Of a stretch of 64,000 nucleotides of DNA, positions 1 through 10,366 are shown piece by piece (within the stretch, counting starts at the first letter, position 1; every line of letters starts with the position of its first letter). A program made the translations under genes and the position numbers. The DNA comes from a virus. The stretch lies in IMG/VR virus record IMGVR_UViG_3300045988_155139; one strand, given 5' to 3'. A model generated the notes under the pieces. The model was given only the letters and a program-made list of their open reading frames with translations, did no database searches and was not told where the DNA came from.

Positions 1-1
1 A

Positions 2-700
2 ATGAATTATGATTTTTTAATCAAAAATTATTTGAACCCAGAATTGTGGCAAAAGGAATGGACTCTTTTTGAATTCAAGTTCTATAAAGTCACAATGAAC
101 CTTTACAGTATCAATACAAAAAATGAAAAAATTCTATTAGAGTTACATATATGTTATAAAGACCCTGATGCATGGTGTGGTTACTCAACCGAAAAAACAG
201 TAGACTACTCATTGAAAATAAATGACATTGAATTCCTAAAAAGAAAAATTAACAGTGCAATCTGGGAAGGAATTCAAAGTTTAGAGTCTAACTATTTGAT
301 TGAGGGAGAGGATGAGTACCAAAATCTGATAAGTCTAAGAGAAAGAGAAAAAGAAAGACTAGGAGATATAGCCAGAGAATTTTTGGAAGACAATGGAATT
401 GAAAATGAACATATCATTGAAGCATATACCGAGGCCTATATCGATGAATATGAGAAAACTTGGAGTCTAATGCAAGATTATAAATCCAATAGAAAATATC
501 ACGTTTCTACAGACTTTTATCTAACTTGGTTAAATTCACTGGAAGATAGTAAAGACAAAGAAAGTAGATTGAATTGGGTTAAAGATGTATTGAGTTCACA
601 AGAATTACAGAATGTATTAAATGAAATCTCTGAGTACCAAGAATATATTGAGACTGAAGAGTGGGAGGATGAAGCCAAAGAAAAATTGGAGGAGGTGTAA
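2..700 (+). CDS. hypothetical acidic early protein
   Basis: 232 aa ORF starting at window position 2; very acidic C-terminus; no recognisable motif. Confidence 0.55.
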   Translation: MNYDFLIKNYLNPELWQKEWTLFEFKFYKVTMNLYSINTKNEKILLELHICYKDPDAWCGYSTEKTVDYSLKINDIEFLKRKINSAIWEGIQSLESNYLIEGEDEYQNLISLREREKERLGDIAREFLEDNGIENEHIIEAYTEAYIDEYEKTWSLMQDYKSNRKYHVSTDFYLTWLNSLEDSKDKESRLNWVKDVLSSQELQNVLNEISEYQEYIETEEWEDEAKEKLEEV

Positions 701-705
701 AAAAA

Positions 706-1649
706 TGCAAATACGTGGGGGAAAGAAAGATACAATAAAACCAAACCTAAGAATACTGAAAATCGACAAATCTCTAAGTCAAATAAAGTTACCTGAAAAC
801 AAAATACAACTATTTGTTGATTTTTTCAATAACGATATAATAAATGTAAAAGAATGGCCAATACCATTAACGGAGGGTTATTTAATGTTATCATTTCCTT
901 CAATAGAGCCTAGTGTAGATGTGATAAGACAAGTAGCAAGAACGACCCACATGACATATAATCTAGCGAAAGGGTTATTGGAAAATATCGGTATGTTACA
1001 AACAAGTATAACCATATATTTTGAAACAGTAAATAATTATCTGAATGTATATTTGTACTTTCTAAACGAAGATAACAACATAAATGATTACATACAGATA
1101 CCCTTAGATGAAAACATATTTGGCAATGCAAATAAAATACCAGATAATTATACATTAGACATATATAATGCGTATGTATATGAATTACTAGAATGTGATT
1201 TGAAGAATATGAGTAAAGATGAAATTCGCGATATTCTATATGGTGTGCGTAGATATTATCGTGTTAAATATTTTGAAATGAGTATAGTCATATTAAAAAC
1301 AGTTTTTTGGTATCTTGTATCTAATAAAACAGAAAGAGTCTTTACTGAGGTTCAAGAAAAAATACCGGAAACAAAAAGTAAAAAATATAAACATAAAAGT
1401 GTAAACAAGGAAATAACTATAACCACACCCATATACGATTTAGGTAAAGTACCGACTAGAAAAGTAAATGTGTTAGTACGTCGTAGAGAAGGGTGGACAT
1501 ATTCACATGCGTTTCCGGTAAGAGGTCACTATAGACATTATAAAAGTGGAAAAACAATATTTGTAAATTCATATATAAAAGGTGAAGGAGAATTTATTGG
1601 AAAAACATATAATATAAAACCAGAGAAATACGTGAAGGGTGGTGATTAG
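706..1649 (+). CDS. hypothetical protein
   Basis: ATG at 706 preceded by GGAGGTG RBS; long ORF in frame with track ORF 621-1649; no motif recognised. Confidence 0.55.
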
Positions 1650-1651
1650 AA

Positions 1652-1891
1652 ATGAGTTCAATCTCTGAGAGATGTTGTCTATGTTTCAAGAAATCACAAA
1701 AACAAGGAGATGACTTAATTTGGTTAGACTCTTTACAGCTTTGTCCAAAATGTTATGAAAAATACAGAGAGTCTGCGTATAATCAAAGAGTAATGTTAAT
1801 CAATTCTTTGAAATGCTATAGAAAATTGGTTGCAAGGTATGAAGACACATCTGGAACCAAAATTGATACAGATTTTTCTGGAATATCATAA
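1652..1891 (+). CDS. small Cys-rich (zinc-ribbon-like) protein
   Basis: 79 aa; CC..C and C..C pairs (CCLCF...CPKC). Confidence 0.5.
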   Translation: MSSISERCCLCFKKSQKQGDDLIWLDSLQLCPKCYEKYRESAYNQRVMLINSLKCYRKLVARYEDTSGTKIDTDFSGIS

Positions 1892-1904
1892 AATCAAAGA
1901 AAAA

Positions 1905-1942
1905 TTGAGGCCTGAGATTAAATTTTAAGGCCTTTTTATTTT
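1905..1942 (+). terminator. rho-independent terminator-like hairpin
   Basis: GAGGCC...GGCCTT stem followed by TTTTTATTTT. Confidence 0.4.
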
Positions 1943-1977
1943 GTGCCTAATATAATTACCTTATCTAGAAATCTTAG

Positions 1978-2013
1978 AAAACTGTTTACTTTACTCTCAT
2001 TTTGTGATATAAT
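1978..2013 (+). promoter_or_regulatory. conserved phage promoter (AAACTGTTTAC-N17-TGnTATAAT)
   Basis: -35 TTTACT 1985-1990, 17 nt spacer, extended -10 TGATATAAT 2005-2013; member of an 11-copy family. Confidence 0.6.
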
Positions 2014-2033
2014 AAATATAATAAGAAAAGGAG

Positions 2034-2345
2034 ATGGTTCAGATGATTAGATATGGTAGAAGTGAAATCAGAAAAATCACAGAAGATAAAGCTTATTCTT
2101 GTGAAGAACCATACATTGGAAAGTACATTTCTCAAGTATTTGAATATAACTCAGAAGACATGGAAAATTGGGGAAAAGCAATCGAAATATTAGTTGGTGA
2201 CACTTGGAAAGAAGTAGATGACCAATATGAATTAAAATATGGAAGTAAAAGGACAACTGATTTGGAAGAGAAATTCAATGAAACAATGGATGGTTTGAAA
2301 GATACACTTAAAGAATTAGTGAATGTCTTGAAAGGAGATGAATAA
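2034..2345 (+). CDS. hypothetical protein
   Basis: 103 aa ORF with GGAG RBS upstream. Confidence 0.55.
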   Translation: MVQMIRYGRSEIRKITEDKAYSCEEPYIGKYISQVFEYNSEDMENWGKAIEILVGDTWKEVDDQYELKYGSKRTTDLEEKFNETMDGLKDTLKELVNVLKGDE

Positions 2346-2817
2346 TATGAGAAAGAACAACAGTCATCTAATACCATATATGGCCCAAATAGATTTATAC
2401 TCAATGAAAGATGAAGATATGAGAAACTTGGCTATTCAAGTTTCCAAAGAAGTCAATTTATCACAATTAAGAAAAATGGTCCATAAAGTTACATTAGAAC
2501 TTTCTCAGGCTGGAGAACCTAGATTTGGAGCAGAGGTTAAAGCTATCTTAAAAGATGACCAGCAAAGACTTAATCTTATTTACCAATTAAATTATAACCT
2601 GGAAATATTTGAAGGTTGGGTTAAAAATCTAAGAAGAAATAAATATGACTGCATTAACGATGATGAAGCCCTATTCAATCTTCTAGTATATACACAAGAC
2701 ATGATGGAAACCATAGTTGATTATGGTAAATTCAAAATTGACCAAAGAGAAGAAAACCAAAAACAATTGGAAAACAATATGAAATATTTTAAAGTTTTAG
2801 AAGGAGGTAGAAAATAA
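2338..2817 (+). CDS. hypothetical protein
   Basis: 159 aa ORF overlapping previous stop by 8 nt (translational coupling). Confidence 0.55.
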   Translation: MNNMRKNNSHLIPYMAQIDLYSMKDEDMRNLAIQVSKEVNLSQLRKMVHKVTLELSQAGEPRFGAEVKAILKDDQQRLNLIYQLNYNLEIFEGWVKNLRRNKYDCINDDEALFNLLVYTQDMMETIVDYGKFKIDQREENQKQLENNMKYFKVLEGGRK

Positions 2818-3047
2818 TGGAAATCAAAATCAAATTAAATGCCAATAGAGTTTATAGAGTTAGTAATTTTGGAAAGATTGAGAGTGACATATTAGAACAG
2901 TTATATGAAAGACCTGAAATCACTAAACAAATCTCAAATGTTTCTAAAAGTGTTGAGAATATGTTATATAATGGACATCCTGTAACATCTATTCAGTTTG
3001 ACATGCTAACTGTTGTAGCAATTTTGAACGTAGACACTAAGAAATAA
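2817..3047 (+). CDS. hypothetical protein
   Basis: 76 aa ORF; ATG overlaps previous stop (TAATGG). Confidence 0.5.
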   Translation: MEIKIKLNANRVYRVSNFGKIESDILEQLYERPEITKQISNVSKSVENMLYNGHPVTSIQFDMLTVVAILNVDTKK

Positions 3048-3246
3048 TTTGGAAAAGGTACATACATCGTTCAAATGAACAGACATCTAACATGCATAAA
3101 GAATAACACACTATATAATAGTTGGGATTGTCAAAACAAAAAAGACAAAACAGTATTAGGTTATTGGTCAAAAATATAATCGAGAGACACCAGGTTGGCC
3201 ATATAATCACTTTTATAACCTACCTAATATAATTACCTTAGTTAAT

Positions 3247-3272
3247 TTTGCCATCACTGATGGCAATTTTCA
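3247..3272 (+). terminator. terminator-like hairpin
   Basis: TTGCCATC/GATGGCAA stem followed by TTTT. Confidence 0.4.
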
Positions 3273-3304
3273 CGTTTAGATAATTCTAGATAAATTTCAA
3301 AAAA

Positions 3305-3337
3305 CCTGTTTACATTTGTCTTAATTTCTGATATAAT
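3305..3337 (+). promoter_or_regulatory. conserved phage promoter
   Basis: CCTGTTTACA (-35 TTTACA 3309-3314), 17 nt spacer, TGATATAAT (-10 3332-3337). Confidence 0.6.
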
Positions 3338-3369
3338 ATAATTAAGAAAAAACTTAGGAGGTAAATAAT

Positions 3370-3600
3370 ATGGAGATAAAGTATTCCAGATTGAAAGACT
3401 TATTAAAAGGTGAACAATCTGAAAAAGTAAGAAATATCTTTAAAGGTGAAATACCAAAAGTAGACATCTTAGCATATTATTCACCAGAAGGTACAAACTG
3501 GTCATACAACATTGGTATAGCAAAAGCTAAGGATAATAACATCTACATCGTAGTAACATACTGTGGTGAAGTAAAAGGTGGTAGACCAATTTATTTATAG
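3370..3600 (+). CDS. hypothetical protein
   Basis: 76 aa; strong RBS AGGAGGT 8 nt upstream. Confidence 0.6.
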   Translation: MEIKYSRLKDLLKGEQSEKVRNIFKGEIPKVDILAYYSPEGTNWSYNIGIAKAKDNNIYIVVTYCGEVKGGRPIYL

Positions 3601-3612
3601 GAGGTATAAAAT

Positions 3613-3993
3613 ATGAGACTTTGGCACCAAGATTTAATTCCAAAATTACCAAGACAACAATTACTTGGTCAATGGCGAGAATGTATAGCATTACTAGGAA
3701 ATGGTTGGGGAAGAAAACACAGAATAGTTGATTATGTTTTCACACATCCAGAAAGTTACTTGGTTGGATATACATATAAAGTTTATTCGGAAATGACTAA
3801 AAGGGGTTACCATCCAGATTTACAAAAAATTGGTTCAGCACTAAGAAAAAGAAATTTAACATATAAAGAAATTGACGATTACTTCACACAAATGTATCAA
3901 TTCACTGGAACAATCTATCCTGAGCATAATACTACATACTATAGAGAATGTATCGATAACCTAAGAACCAAAAATATTGAACTGGAGGGATAG
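3613..3993 (+). CDS. hypothetical protein
   Basis: 126 aa; RBS GGAGGT upstream. Confidence 0.55.
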   Translation: MRLWHQDLIPKLPRQQLLGQWRECIALLGNGWGRKHRIVDYVFTHPESYLVGYTYKVYSEMTKRGYHPDLQKIGSALRKRNLTYKEIDDYFTQMYQFTGTIYPEHNTTYYRECIDNLRTKNIELEG

Positions 3994-3994
3994 A

Positions 3995-4516
3995 ATGGAC
4001 AGAGAATGTGGAGGTGAACTAATCTGGACACCACAAATAATAGGACCATCCTTTCTAGATTACGAAAATTATAAAAGACAAATTTTATCAGAAAGGACAA
4101 CATTAGGTGATTTTTGGCCAAAGATTTTTGAAGAAGAAGGAGGTGAAGAAGATATGTTGAGAATGGATGATGACAGAGATAGAGACATATATTTCTTATA
4201 CAAAGAAACATGGGACGGTAAAGAAGTATCAGATTTAGAAAACAGTCACTTAGTTAACATATTATTGAAACTTGAAAGAGATGTTTACAAAAACAAAACA
4301 TCCTTTGAATTATTTGTACTTGACCATAGCTCAGACAAACTATTAAGACCAATTTATGATATTACTGAATTAGCCAAAATGGAACCAAGAGCTTGGTTGG
4401 AAGAAACTCCAATCTGGAAATCTTTAAATGCCGAATTGGAAAAAAGAAATTTAAAAGAATATTATGAAGTAGTATCAGCTCGTGAAGCAGCTGCTAGAGA
4501 AAAGAAAGGAGAATAA
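3995..4516 (+). CDS. hypothetical acidic protein
   Basis: ATG 3995 after CTGGAGGGA RBS; track ORF begins at an upstream TTG at 3977. Confidence 0.5.
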   Translation: MDRECGGELIWTPQIIGPSFLDYENYKRQILSERTTLGDFWPKIFEEEGGEEDMLRMDDDRDRDIYFLYKETWDGKEVSDLENSHLVNILLKLERDVYKNKTSFELFVLDHSSDKLLRPIYDITELAKMEPRAWLEETPIWKSLNAELEKRNLKEYYEVVSAREAAAREKKGE

Positions 4517-4518
4517 TC

Positions 4519-4995
4519 ATGGAGAAGAAAACTTTAGCCATGTGGGCAATGACTTTCAACGTTAGACTATTAGATGAAAAATATTACGAGGACAATAATC
4601 TATACACAGCGGATGAATATCAAAAAATAGTACCTAGAAACATCGAAGTACCTTTAGGAAATGTGGACAATGTAGAACACAGTTTAGATACTGTTGCACA
4701 AGCATTAGTTCCAGAAGGTTTCGCTAGAAAATATAAACAAATGTTAAAATTACAAGATGAATTAAAGAAGATGGAAGATGACTTCAAGAAGAAATTGTTA
4801 GAGGTATTTGAAAGTATTCCGGAATTGGAAACAAATTCAGTTACTATTGACGGTTTAAAATTCACTTATGTTAAAGGTTCAGTTAGAAAAACGGTGGACA
4901 CCAAGAAACTTCAAGAAGAAATGCCAGAGATATATAACAAATTCTTAAAAGAAAGTAATGTTAAAAGCTCAATTCGTACATCGGTTGAGTATTAG
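4519..4995 (+). CDS. hypothetical protein
   Basis: 158 aa; RBS AAAGGAG upstream. Confidence 0.55.
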   Translation: MEKKTLAMWAMTFNVRLLDEKYYEDNNLYTADEYQKIVPRNIEVPLGNVDNVEHSLDTVAQALVPEGFARKYKQMLKLQDELKKMEDDFKKKLLEVFESIPELETNSVTIDGLKFTYVKGSVRKTVDTKKLQEEMPEIYNKFLKESNVKSSIRTSVEY

Positions 4996-5007
4996 AAAGG
5001 AGAAATT

Positions 5008-5340
5008 ATGGCAAAGAAAAATCTAGAAGAATTATTGGATGAGATATTCCATGAAAATCATTCTGAAGAAAATGACATATTCTTAGAGATTGCTTCAATG
5101 ATGAGAGAAGCTTCAAAATTAGAAAAAGAGTATCAAAAAGACAAAAAGAACCCAAAATTGGAAGTTACAGTTTATGCAGACAGAGCTAATGTCCAATATA
5201 AATGTAAAAATTTTGAGCACAAAGCAATTGCTGCAAAAACAGCTATTTCAGCTATTTTGGCTAGTATAGAAGATAAAGAGTTAAGAGAACAAACCGTACT
5301 ATTTGCTTGTAAAGAGACTGACACATTCTCAGATTTATAA
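5008..5340 (+). CDS. hypothetical protein
   Basis: 110 aa; RBS AAAGGAG upstream. Confidence 0.55.
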   Translation: MAKKNLEELLDEIFHENHSEENDIFLEIASMMREASKLEKEYQKDKKNPKLEVTVYADRANVQYKCKNFEHKAIAAKTAISAILASIEDKELREQTVLFACKETDTFSDL

Positions 5341-5346
5341 GAAACT

Positions 5347-5388
5347 TTTGACCAAACTGTTTACATTCTTCCAGAAATATGGTATAAT
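5347..5388 (+). promoter_or_regulatory. conserved phage promoter
   Basis: AAACTGTTTACA (-35 5360-5365), 17 nt spacer, TGGTATAAT (-10 5383-5388). Confidence 0.6.
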
Positions 5389-5434
5389 TACAATGTAAAC
5401 AAAATAAGAATATATTTTGAAAGGAGAAAGAAAA

Positions 5435-5656
5435 ATGGGAGAAATTCAATTTACAATTCCAAAATCACAATTAAGAAAGGTAGCTAAAGCTCACAGCACA
5501 GAGGGTGAAGCAGTTATAGAATTAAAACCAGGTTATTTCACAGAAGATAACCAAAATGTTATTACTGCTAAAACAGAAAAAGAAGCTATCAGAATATTAA
5601 GAGCATCTAGAAAAGAAAAAGTAGCTAAAGAAGATAAAACTGAAGCTGATGCTTAA
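5435..5656 (+). CDS. small basic protein, possible DNA-binding
   Basis: ATG 5435 after AAAGGAGAAAG RBS; 73 aa, Lys-rich. Confidence 0.5.
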   Translation: MGEIQFTIPKSQLRKVAKAHSTEGEAVIELKPGYFTEDNQNVITAKTEKEAIRILRASRKEKVAKEDKTEADA

Positions 5657-5685
5657 TTAAGCAAAATATATAGATGGCAACAAAA

Positions 5686-5721
5686 AATAGTTCACTGTCT
5701 CAGGTGGACTATTTTTTTTTG
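5686..5721 (+). terminator. rho-independent terminator
   Basis: TAGTTCAC...GTGGACTA stem followed by T9 run. Confidence 0.7.
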
Positions 5722-5744
5722 TAAAAATTTTTTATAAAAAGAGC

Positions 5745-5783
5745 CAATAAACTGTTTACATCTCACCTGGGTTATTATATAAT
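5745..5783 (+). promoter_or_regulatory. conserved phage promoter
   Basis: TAAACTGTTTACA (-35 5755-5760), 17 nt spacer, TATAAT 5778-5783. Confidence 0.6.
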
Positions 5784-5912
5784 AACCTAGTAATAATCAA
5801 TAGGCAGTCATATTCAATGAATATAGCCCAACTGCCTATTGTGACATTACTGACCTACGAGGGGTCATTAAATATACTTAGACTTTCGCAAGAAGAAAGG
5901 AGGAAGCGAACT

Positions 5913-6551
5913 ATGAGAATATGGATTTATGGAGCACCATTTAATGGAAAAACTACATTTGCTAGTCAATTCAAAGGTGCTAAAATTTTGTCAACAGATG
6001 GAAATGCTGAATATCTATTCCCAAAGGAAGACATTTATAGAATAAAATCATACAGTGATTTAGATAAAGCTGTAAATGAATTAAGAAAAAATCTTCCTGA
6101 AACTTTAGTTGTTGATACAACAGAATATCTTTTAGACTACATCAAGTATAAATGGTATGCTGATAACAAAGTATCACATGAAAGTGAAATCGCATACAGA
6201 GGTTATGCTATGCTAAGAAGTTTTATGTGGGAGCAAATAGTAATGTTGGCTAACCTATGTGACAATGTAATTTTTATTTCTCACGAAGCTATCAATGTTG
6301 AAAAGAACAAGTTTGGTAGAGAAATCACTTATTATACACCAGCTTTTGAAGAAAAACTAAAAGATAAAATGATGGGACTTATGACTATAGTTATGAGAGC
6401 TGTCATTGTTGGTGATGAGAAGAACGGTCAACAATACAAACTACACATCAGACACGTTGATGAAGAGTTTGGAGGAACCAGAATAAAGATAAAATCTACG
6501 GAAATCCCTAATGACTATCAAGCATTCATGGATAACCTAGTAACTCAATAA
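5913..6551 (+). CDS. Sak4-like RecA-fold ATPase (recombination/annealing-associated)
   Basis: Walker A IYGAPFNGKTTFA at N-terminus; ~210 aa; ATG 5913 after GGAGGAAG RBS; followed by a small acidic gene, as in Sak4-DUF669 pairs. Confidence 0.55.
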   Translation: MRIWIYGAPFNGKTTFASQFKGAKILSTDGNAEYLFPKEDIYRIKSYSDLDKAVNELRKNLPETLVVDTTEYLLDYIKYKWYADNKVSHESEIAYRGYAMLRSFMWEQIVMLANLCDNVIFISHEAINVEKNKFGREITYYTPAFEEKLKDKMMGLMTIVMRAVIVGDEKNGQQYKLHIRHVDEEFGGTRIKIKSTEIPNDYQAFMDNLVTQ

Positions 6552-6574
6552 AATTTTAGAAAAGGAGAATTCAA

Positions 6575-7000
6575 ATGGACGAAGATTTAAAAGAATTAGA
6601 TGCTATGTTTGAAGAAATGGGAGGAAATGAAGAAGCAGAAAGAAATGCCAATTCATTTGGAACCGTCCCAGATGGTAGTTATAATGCAGAAATTATATCT
6701 GCAGAATGGACAAAATCAAAAGATGATGTCCCAATGATAAAAATTGAATTTGGATTAGAAGAAATTCCAAACCATGTTTGGGACTATCTAATGTTTGGTG
6801 ATAAAAATGGAGATGCCGAAAAAGCTTCTCAAGCCTTATCTAGAAGTGTTACTAAACTAAGACAATTAGGTTTAGATGCTACTACAATTTCTGGATATGT
6901 ATCTCAATTAGACCAATTAGAAGGACGTGGACTAACATTAAAACTAAGTACATCAAAATCAGGTTTCCAAAATAAAAGCTATGTTGATGTAAAGATTTAA
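6575..7000 (+). CDS. small acidic protein (DUF669-like partner of Sak4)
   Basis: 141 aa acidic ORF immediately downstream of the Sak4-like ATPase; assignment by context. Confidence 0.4.
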   Translation: MDEDLKELDAMFEEMGGNEEAERNANSFGTVPDGSYNAEIISAEWTKSKDDVPMIKIEFGLEEIPNHVWDYLMFGDKNGDAEKASQALSRSVTKLRQLGLDATTISGYVSQLDQLEGRGLTLKLSTSKSGFQNKSYVDVKI

Positions 7001-7013
7001 TAATTTCACACAA

Positions 7014-7052
7014 AGAAAGGGACTATCTAAATGAAGCTAGTCCTTTTCTCAT
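7014..7052 (+). terminator. rho-independent terminator
   Basis: AAGGGACTA...TAGTCCTTT hairpin followed by T-rich stretch. Confidence 0.55.
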
Positions 7053-7081
7053 AATAAAATTTTAAAGGAGAAAGAAAAAAA

Positions 7082-8974
7082 ATGTCAATATTGATTTACG
7101 ATTTTGAGGTTTTCAAATTCGACTGGATGGTAACTTTTAGAGAAGGAGACAACTATTATAGATTTCACAATGATGTACATGGGTTTAGAGATTTTTATGA
7201 GAGACATAAAGAAGACCTTTGGGTAGGACACAACAATACTCATTATGATAGTATTATGGCTAAATGTATAATCAATGGAGTAACAGGTATTGATTTGAAA
7301 AAAGCTTCTGACCAAATTGTTCAAGATGAAAAAGGCAGTGCGGTTATGAGACAATACAAACTTTATAATACCATCATCAATGACTTAGACCTTATGCAAG
7401 ACCAGATGTTCTTATCATTAAAAGAAATTGAAGGATTTTTGGGATTAGAAATTCATGAGTCTGAAGTTGACTTCACAATACAAAGACCATTGACTGAGGA
7501 AGAAGTTGCATTAGTTTTTAAATATAACAAGGATGACGTAGATGCAACATATGAAGAATTTAAAATCAAATTACAACAGGTAATGAGTAAAGTCAATTTG
7601 GTTAGAATGTATCATTTACCAAAACATTATGTTTCTAAAACAAATGGACAACTAAGTGGAGAAATTTTACAAGCTGAGTTCAAAGACTTTAAAGATGGAA
7701 CAACACCTTTTGACCCAAGTATAATACCCTTGACTATTGAGAAATATACAGAAGCAGTTGACTTCTTTAGTAAATGTGAAAAAATACCTTATTCCGAGTC
7801 TAAACCTATCATGGTTGCTGGTGTTGAGCACAAACTAGGAATAGGCGGTTTACATGGAGCATTACAAAATTTCATGTATTCTGGAGAGATGTGGTTAGTA
7901 GATGTTTCATCATATTACCCAAACCTAATGCTAAAAATGGGATTTGTCTCAAGAGGAATTAAAGAACCAGAGAGATTTCACCAACTGGTCCAAAGAAGAT
8001 TAGATAACAAACACAGAACCGCTGAGTTAAAAAAATTACTAGAAAAAGACCCAGATAATAAACAATATAAACAAGAATTAAAAGTTTGTAAAGGAGAGAC
8101 TGGAGCTTTAAAGTTAACAATAAATTCTATATCGGGATGTATGAAATCAAAATTTAGTAAGCTATTTGATGAGAAAAACAATAACAATATGTGTGTTTCA
8201 GGCCAATTATTACTGATTAACTTAATTGAAAAGTTAGAACCATATTGTAAATTAGTTCAAAGTAATACTGACGGTATCATAATCATTCCATATGATAAAG
8301 AAAAATGTGATGAGGCTATACAAGAATGGATGGATAGAACTGGATTAGAACTAGAAAAAACTGTAGCTTATAAGATATTCCAAAAAGATGTAAACAATTA
8401 CATATTATTGGAGGAAGGAGGTTCAGTCCATACTAAGGGTAGAGATGTAGCACAATACTCATCTAGAAAAGTTCAACACTTAATGAGAAATCACTTGAGA
8501 ATATTAGATAAAATGATAGTCGAATTCTTATTGTATAACAAACCCTTAGAAATACCTTTAGACACTCCTTTACGTGATTTACAAAATATCAAGAAGGTTG
8601 GAAGCACATATGAAGCTGTTTATTGGGAGAAACCAGAAGGACTAGTTAAATGTGCTAATACAGTCAACAGAATATTTCCAACTAAAGATACGTCATATGG
8701 AAAAGTCAAAAAGAAACACAGATTAAAAGAAAACTTAGATAATTTACCAGATATACCTGACCACTGCATGATTATCAATGACAACATCCAAGATAAAACT
8801 TTGGCAGATGTTATGGATTGGATTGATTTAGATTGGTATGTGGATGCAGCTAAAAAAGCTATTATAGCTTATGTATTAGACCCAAAAGAAAAAACTAAGG
8901 GTAGAAAGAAAGACCCGGAAGTAGACTGGCAAACAACTCTTGCCAAAATTAAAAAGTATGGAGGAGAAGAATAA
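7082..8974 (+). CDS. DNA polymerase, family B-like, with N-terminal 3'-5' exonuclease
   Basis: Exo I YDFEV, Exo II HNNTHYDSIM, Exo III YNKDDVDAT; pol motif A DVSSYYPN, motif B KLTINSISG, motif C-like SNTDGI. Confidence 0.65.
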   Translation: MSILIYDFEVFKFDWMVTFREGDNYYRFHNDVHGFRDFYERHKEDLWVGHNNTHYDSIMAKCIINGVTGIDLKKASDQIVQDEKGSAVMRQYKLYNTIINDLDLMQDQMFLSLKEIEGFLGLEIHESEVDFTIQRPLTEEEVALVFKYNKDDVDATYEEFKIKLQQVMSKVNLVRMYHLPKHYVSKTNGQLSGEILQAEFKDFKDGTTPFDPSIIPLTIEKYTEAVDFFSKCEKIPYSESKPIMVAGVEHKLGIGGLHGALQNFMYSGEMWLVDVSSYYPNLMLKMGFVSRGIKEPERFHQLVQRRLDNKHRTAELKKLLEKDPDNKQYKQELKVCKGETGALKLTINSISGCMKSKFSKLFDEKNNNNMCVSGQLLLINLIEKLEPYCKLVQSNTDGIIIIPYDKEKCDEAIQEWMDRTGLELEKTVAYKIFQKDVNNYILLEEGGSVHTKGRDVAQYSSRKVQHLMRNHLRILDKMIVEFLLYNKPLEIPLDTPLRDLQNIKKVGSTYEAVYWEKPEGLVKCANTVNRIFPTKDTSYGKVKKKHRLKENLDNLPDIPDHCMIINDNIQDKTLADVMDWIDLDWYVDAAKKAIIAYVLDPKEKTKGRKKDPEVDWQTTLAKIKKYGGEE

Positions 8975-9186
8975 TGTTATCAGTTCTAACTTTTATAATT
9001 GGATTTTTATTAGGTATGACTTGTGAAGCAAAATGGAAAGGTTATATACAAGAAAAAGTCTGGAAAGAGATGAATGAATTAGCTGAAAATATGAACAAAT
9101 TAGGTAAGTCCATGATAACATCTCAAATGATAATAACAAAAAGTTTGGAGGAAAAGAAAAATGAGAATAATAATCGAAGGAGTTGA
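8974..9186 (+). CDS. small membrane protein
   Basis: 70 aa with N-terminal hydrophobic helix. Confidence 0.45.
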   Translation: MLSVLTFIIGFLLGMTCEAKWKGYIQEKVWKEMNELAENMNKLGKSMITSQMIITKSLEEKKNENNNRRS

Positions 9187-9703
9187 CAAATCTGGAAAAT
9201 CTACAATCATTGAAAATATGAAAAATAGATTTGAATATGGAATAGCTATTAAAAATATGATAAAACCAAGAGATAATTCACCCGAAGAGACTAAAAGAAT
9301 TTGTGAAATCTATGAAGATATTGAGATAATGTCACAAAATATAGACCCCAATCACGTTTTCATATTGGATAGGTATTACCAGTCAGAAATTGTTTATTCT
9401 ATTTTACGTGGAAATGACCGATTAGTTGACCCTAACTTTAAAAATTGGGTAAGAGATATGGAAAGTGCAATAAGACATAACACACTGTTGGTTTTACTTG
9501 AAACTGATGCAGAAATTGTTGCTGATAGATTTAAAAAATGCAATGAAGATTTTGTCAAAGAGGACCAAATTAAAATGTTACAAGAAAGATATAATAAAGT
9601 CTTTGAGATGAGCACATTGCCAAAAATAAAACTTGATACTACCAAATTAGGTATTGAGAAATCATTAGAACTTATAGAAAAAGAAGTTCAAAAATTAAGA
9701 TAG
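9161..9703 (+). CDS. dNMP kinase (thymidylate kinase family)
   Basis: P-loop IEGVDKSGKSTI typical of Tmk-like kinases; 180 aa. Confidence 0.6.
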   Translation: MRIIIEGVDKSGKSTIIENMKNRFEYGIAIKNMIKPRDNSPEETKRICEIYEDIEIMSQNIDPNHVFILDRYYQSEIVYSILRGNDRLVDPNFKNWVRDMESAIRHNTLLVLLETDAEIVADRFKKCNEDFVKEDQIKMLQERYNKVFEMSTLPKIKLDTTKLGIEKSLELIEKEVQKLR

Positions 9704-9772
9704 GAGGAGATTATTACGAATATTTTAGACTATGAAGCAGATGAATTTAACAAAGAAACATGGCTTAGTGAC

Positions 9773-10354
9773 ATGTATGAGAGACAATATAAGGTTTATG
9801 AGAAATATAAAGAGATTGAAGGTATGCCAAAAGAATTTAAAAGCATACAAACTAGAGAAACTCAAAAATGGATGAAAGACTTTATAAACAGAATAAACGA
9901 AGAAGTAGCAGAAAGTTATGAAAGTATCAGAAACCCTGAGACTTCAGTTATCATTAAAGATGAACAAGGAAATGAATTCGATGTTCATAGGTCAGAAGAA
10001 TTGGCTGACGCATTACATTTCTATTTGGAATTACTTATAATCACTGGACATGACGCTGAATGGTTAAAAGAAAAATATTCTCATTATGAGAAAAAAGTAT
10101 ATAGTGATTTCATAGAATTAAATTATTGGGAAGTTAGCTATCAACTTGGAATGTTAGGTAATTGCTTAAAACTAAAACCTTGGAAACAAGATGAAGTTTT
10201 AACTGACCTAAACAAAGTAGATGACCAATTAACAAATGTCTTCTATTCATTATTAAATTGCTTTGCAGCTAATGGAAATACTGAGGAAGACATATATAGC
10301 TTATATACTCGTAAGAATAAAGTAAATAGGTTTAGACAAAATTCTGGTTATTAG
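9773..10354 (+). CDS. MazG-like nucleoside triphosphate pyrophosphohydrolase
   Basis: EEVAESYE ... EELADALHFYLEL acidic helix pair characteristic of all-alpha NTP-PPase (MazG/dCTPase) fold. Confidence 0.5.
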   Translation: MYERQYKVYEKYKEIEGMPKEFKSIQTRETQKWMKDFINRINEEVAESYESIRNPETSVIIKDEQGNEFDVHRSEELADALHFYLELLIITGHDAEWLKEKYSHYEKKVYSDFIELNYWEVSYQLGMLGNCLKLKPWKQDEVLTDLNKVDDQLTNVFYSLLNCFAANGNTEEDIYSLYTRKNKVNRFRQNSGY

Positions 10355-10366
10355 GAGGTAAAGATT

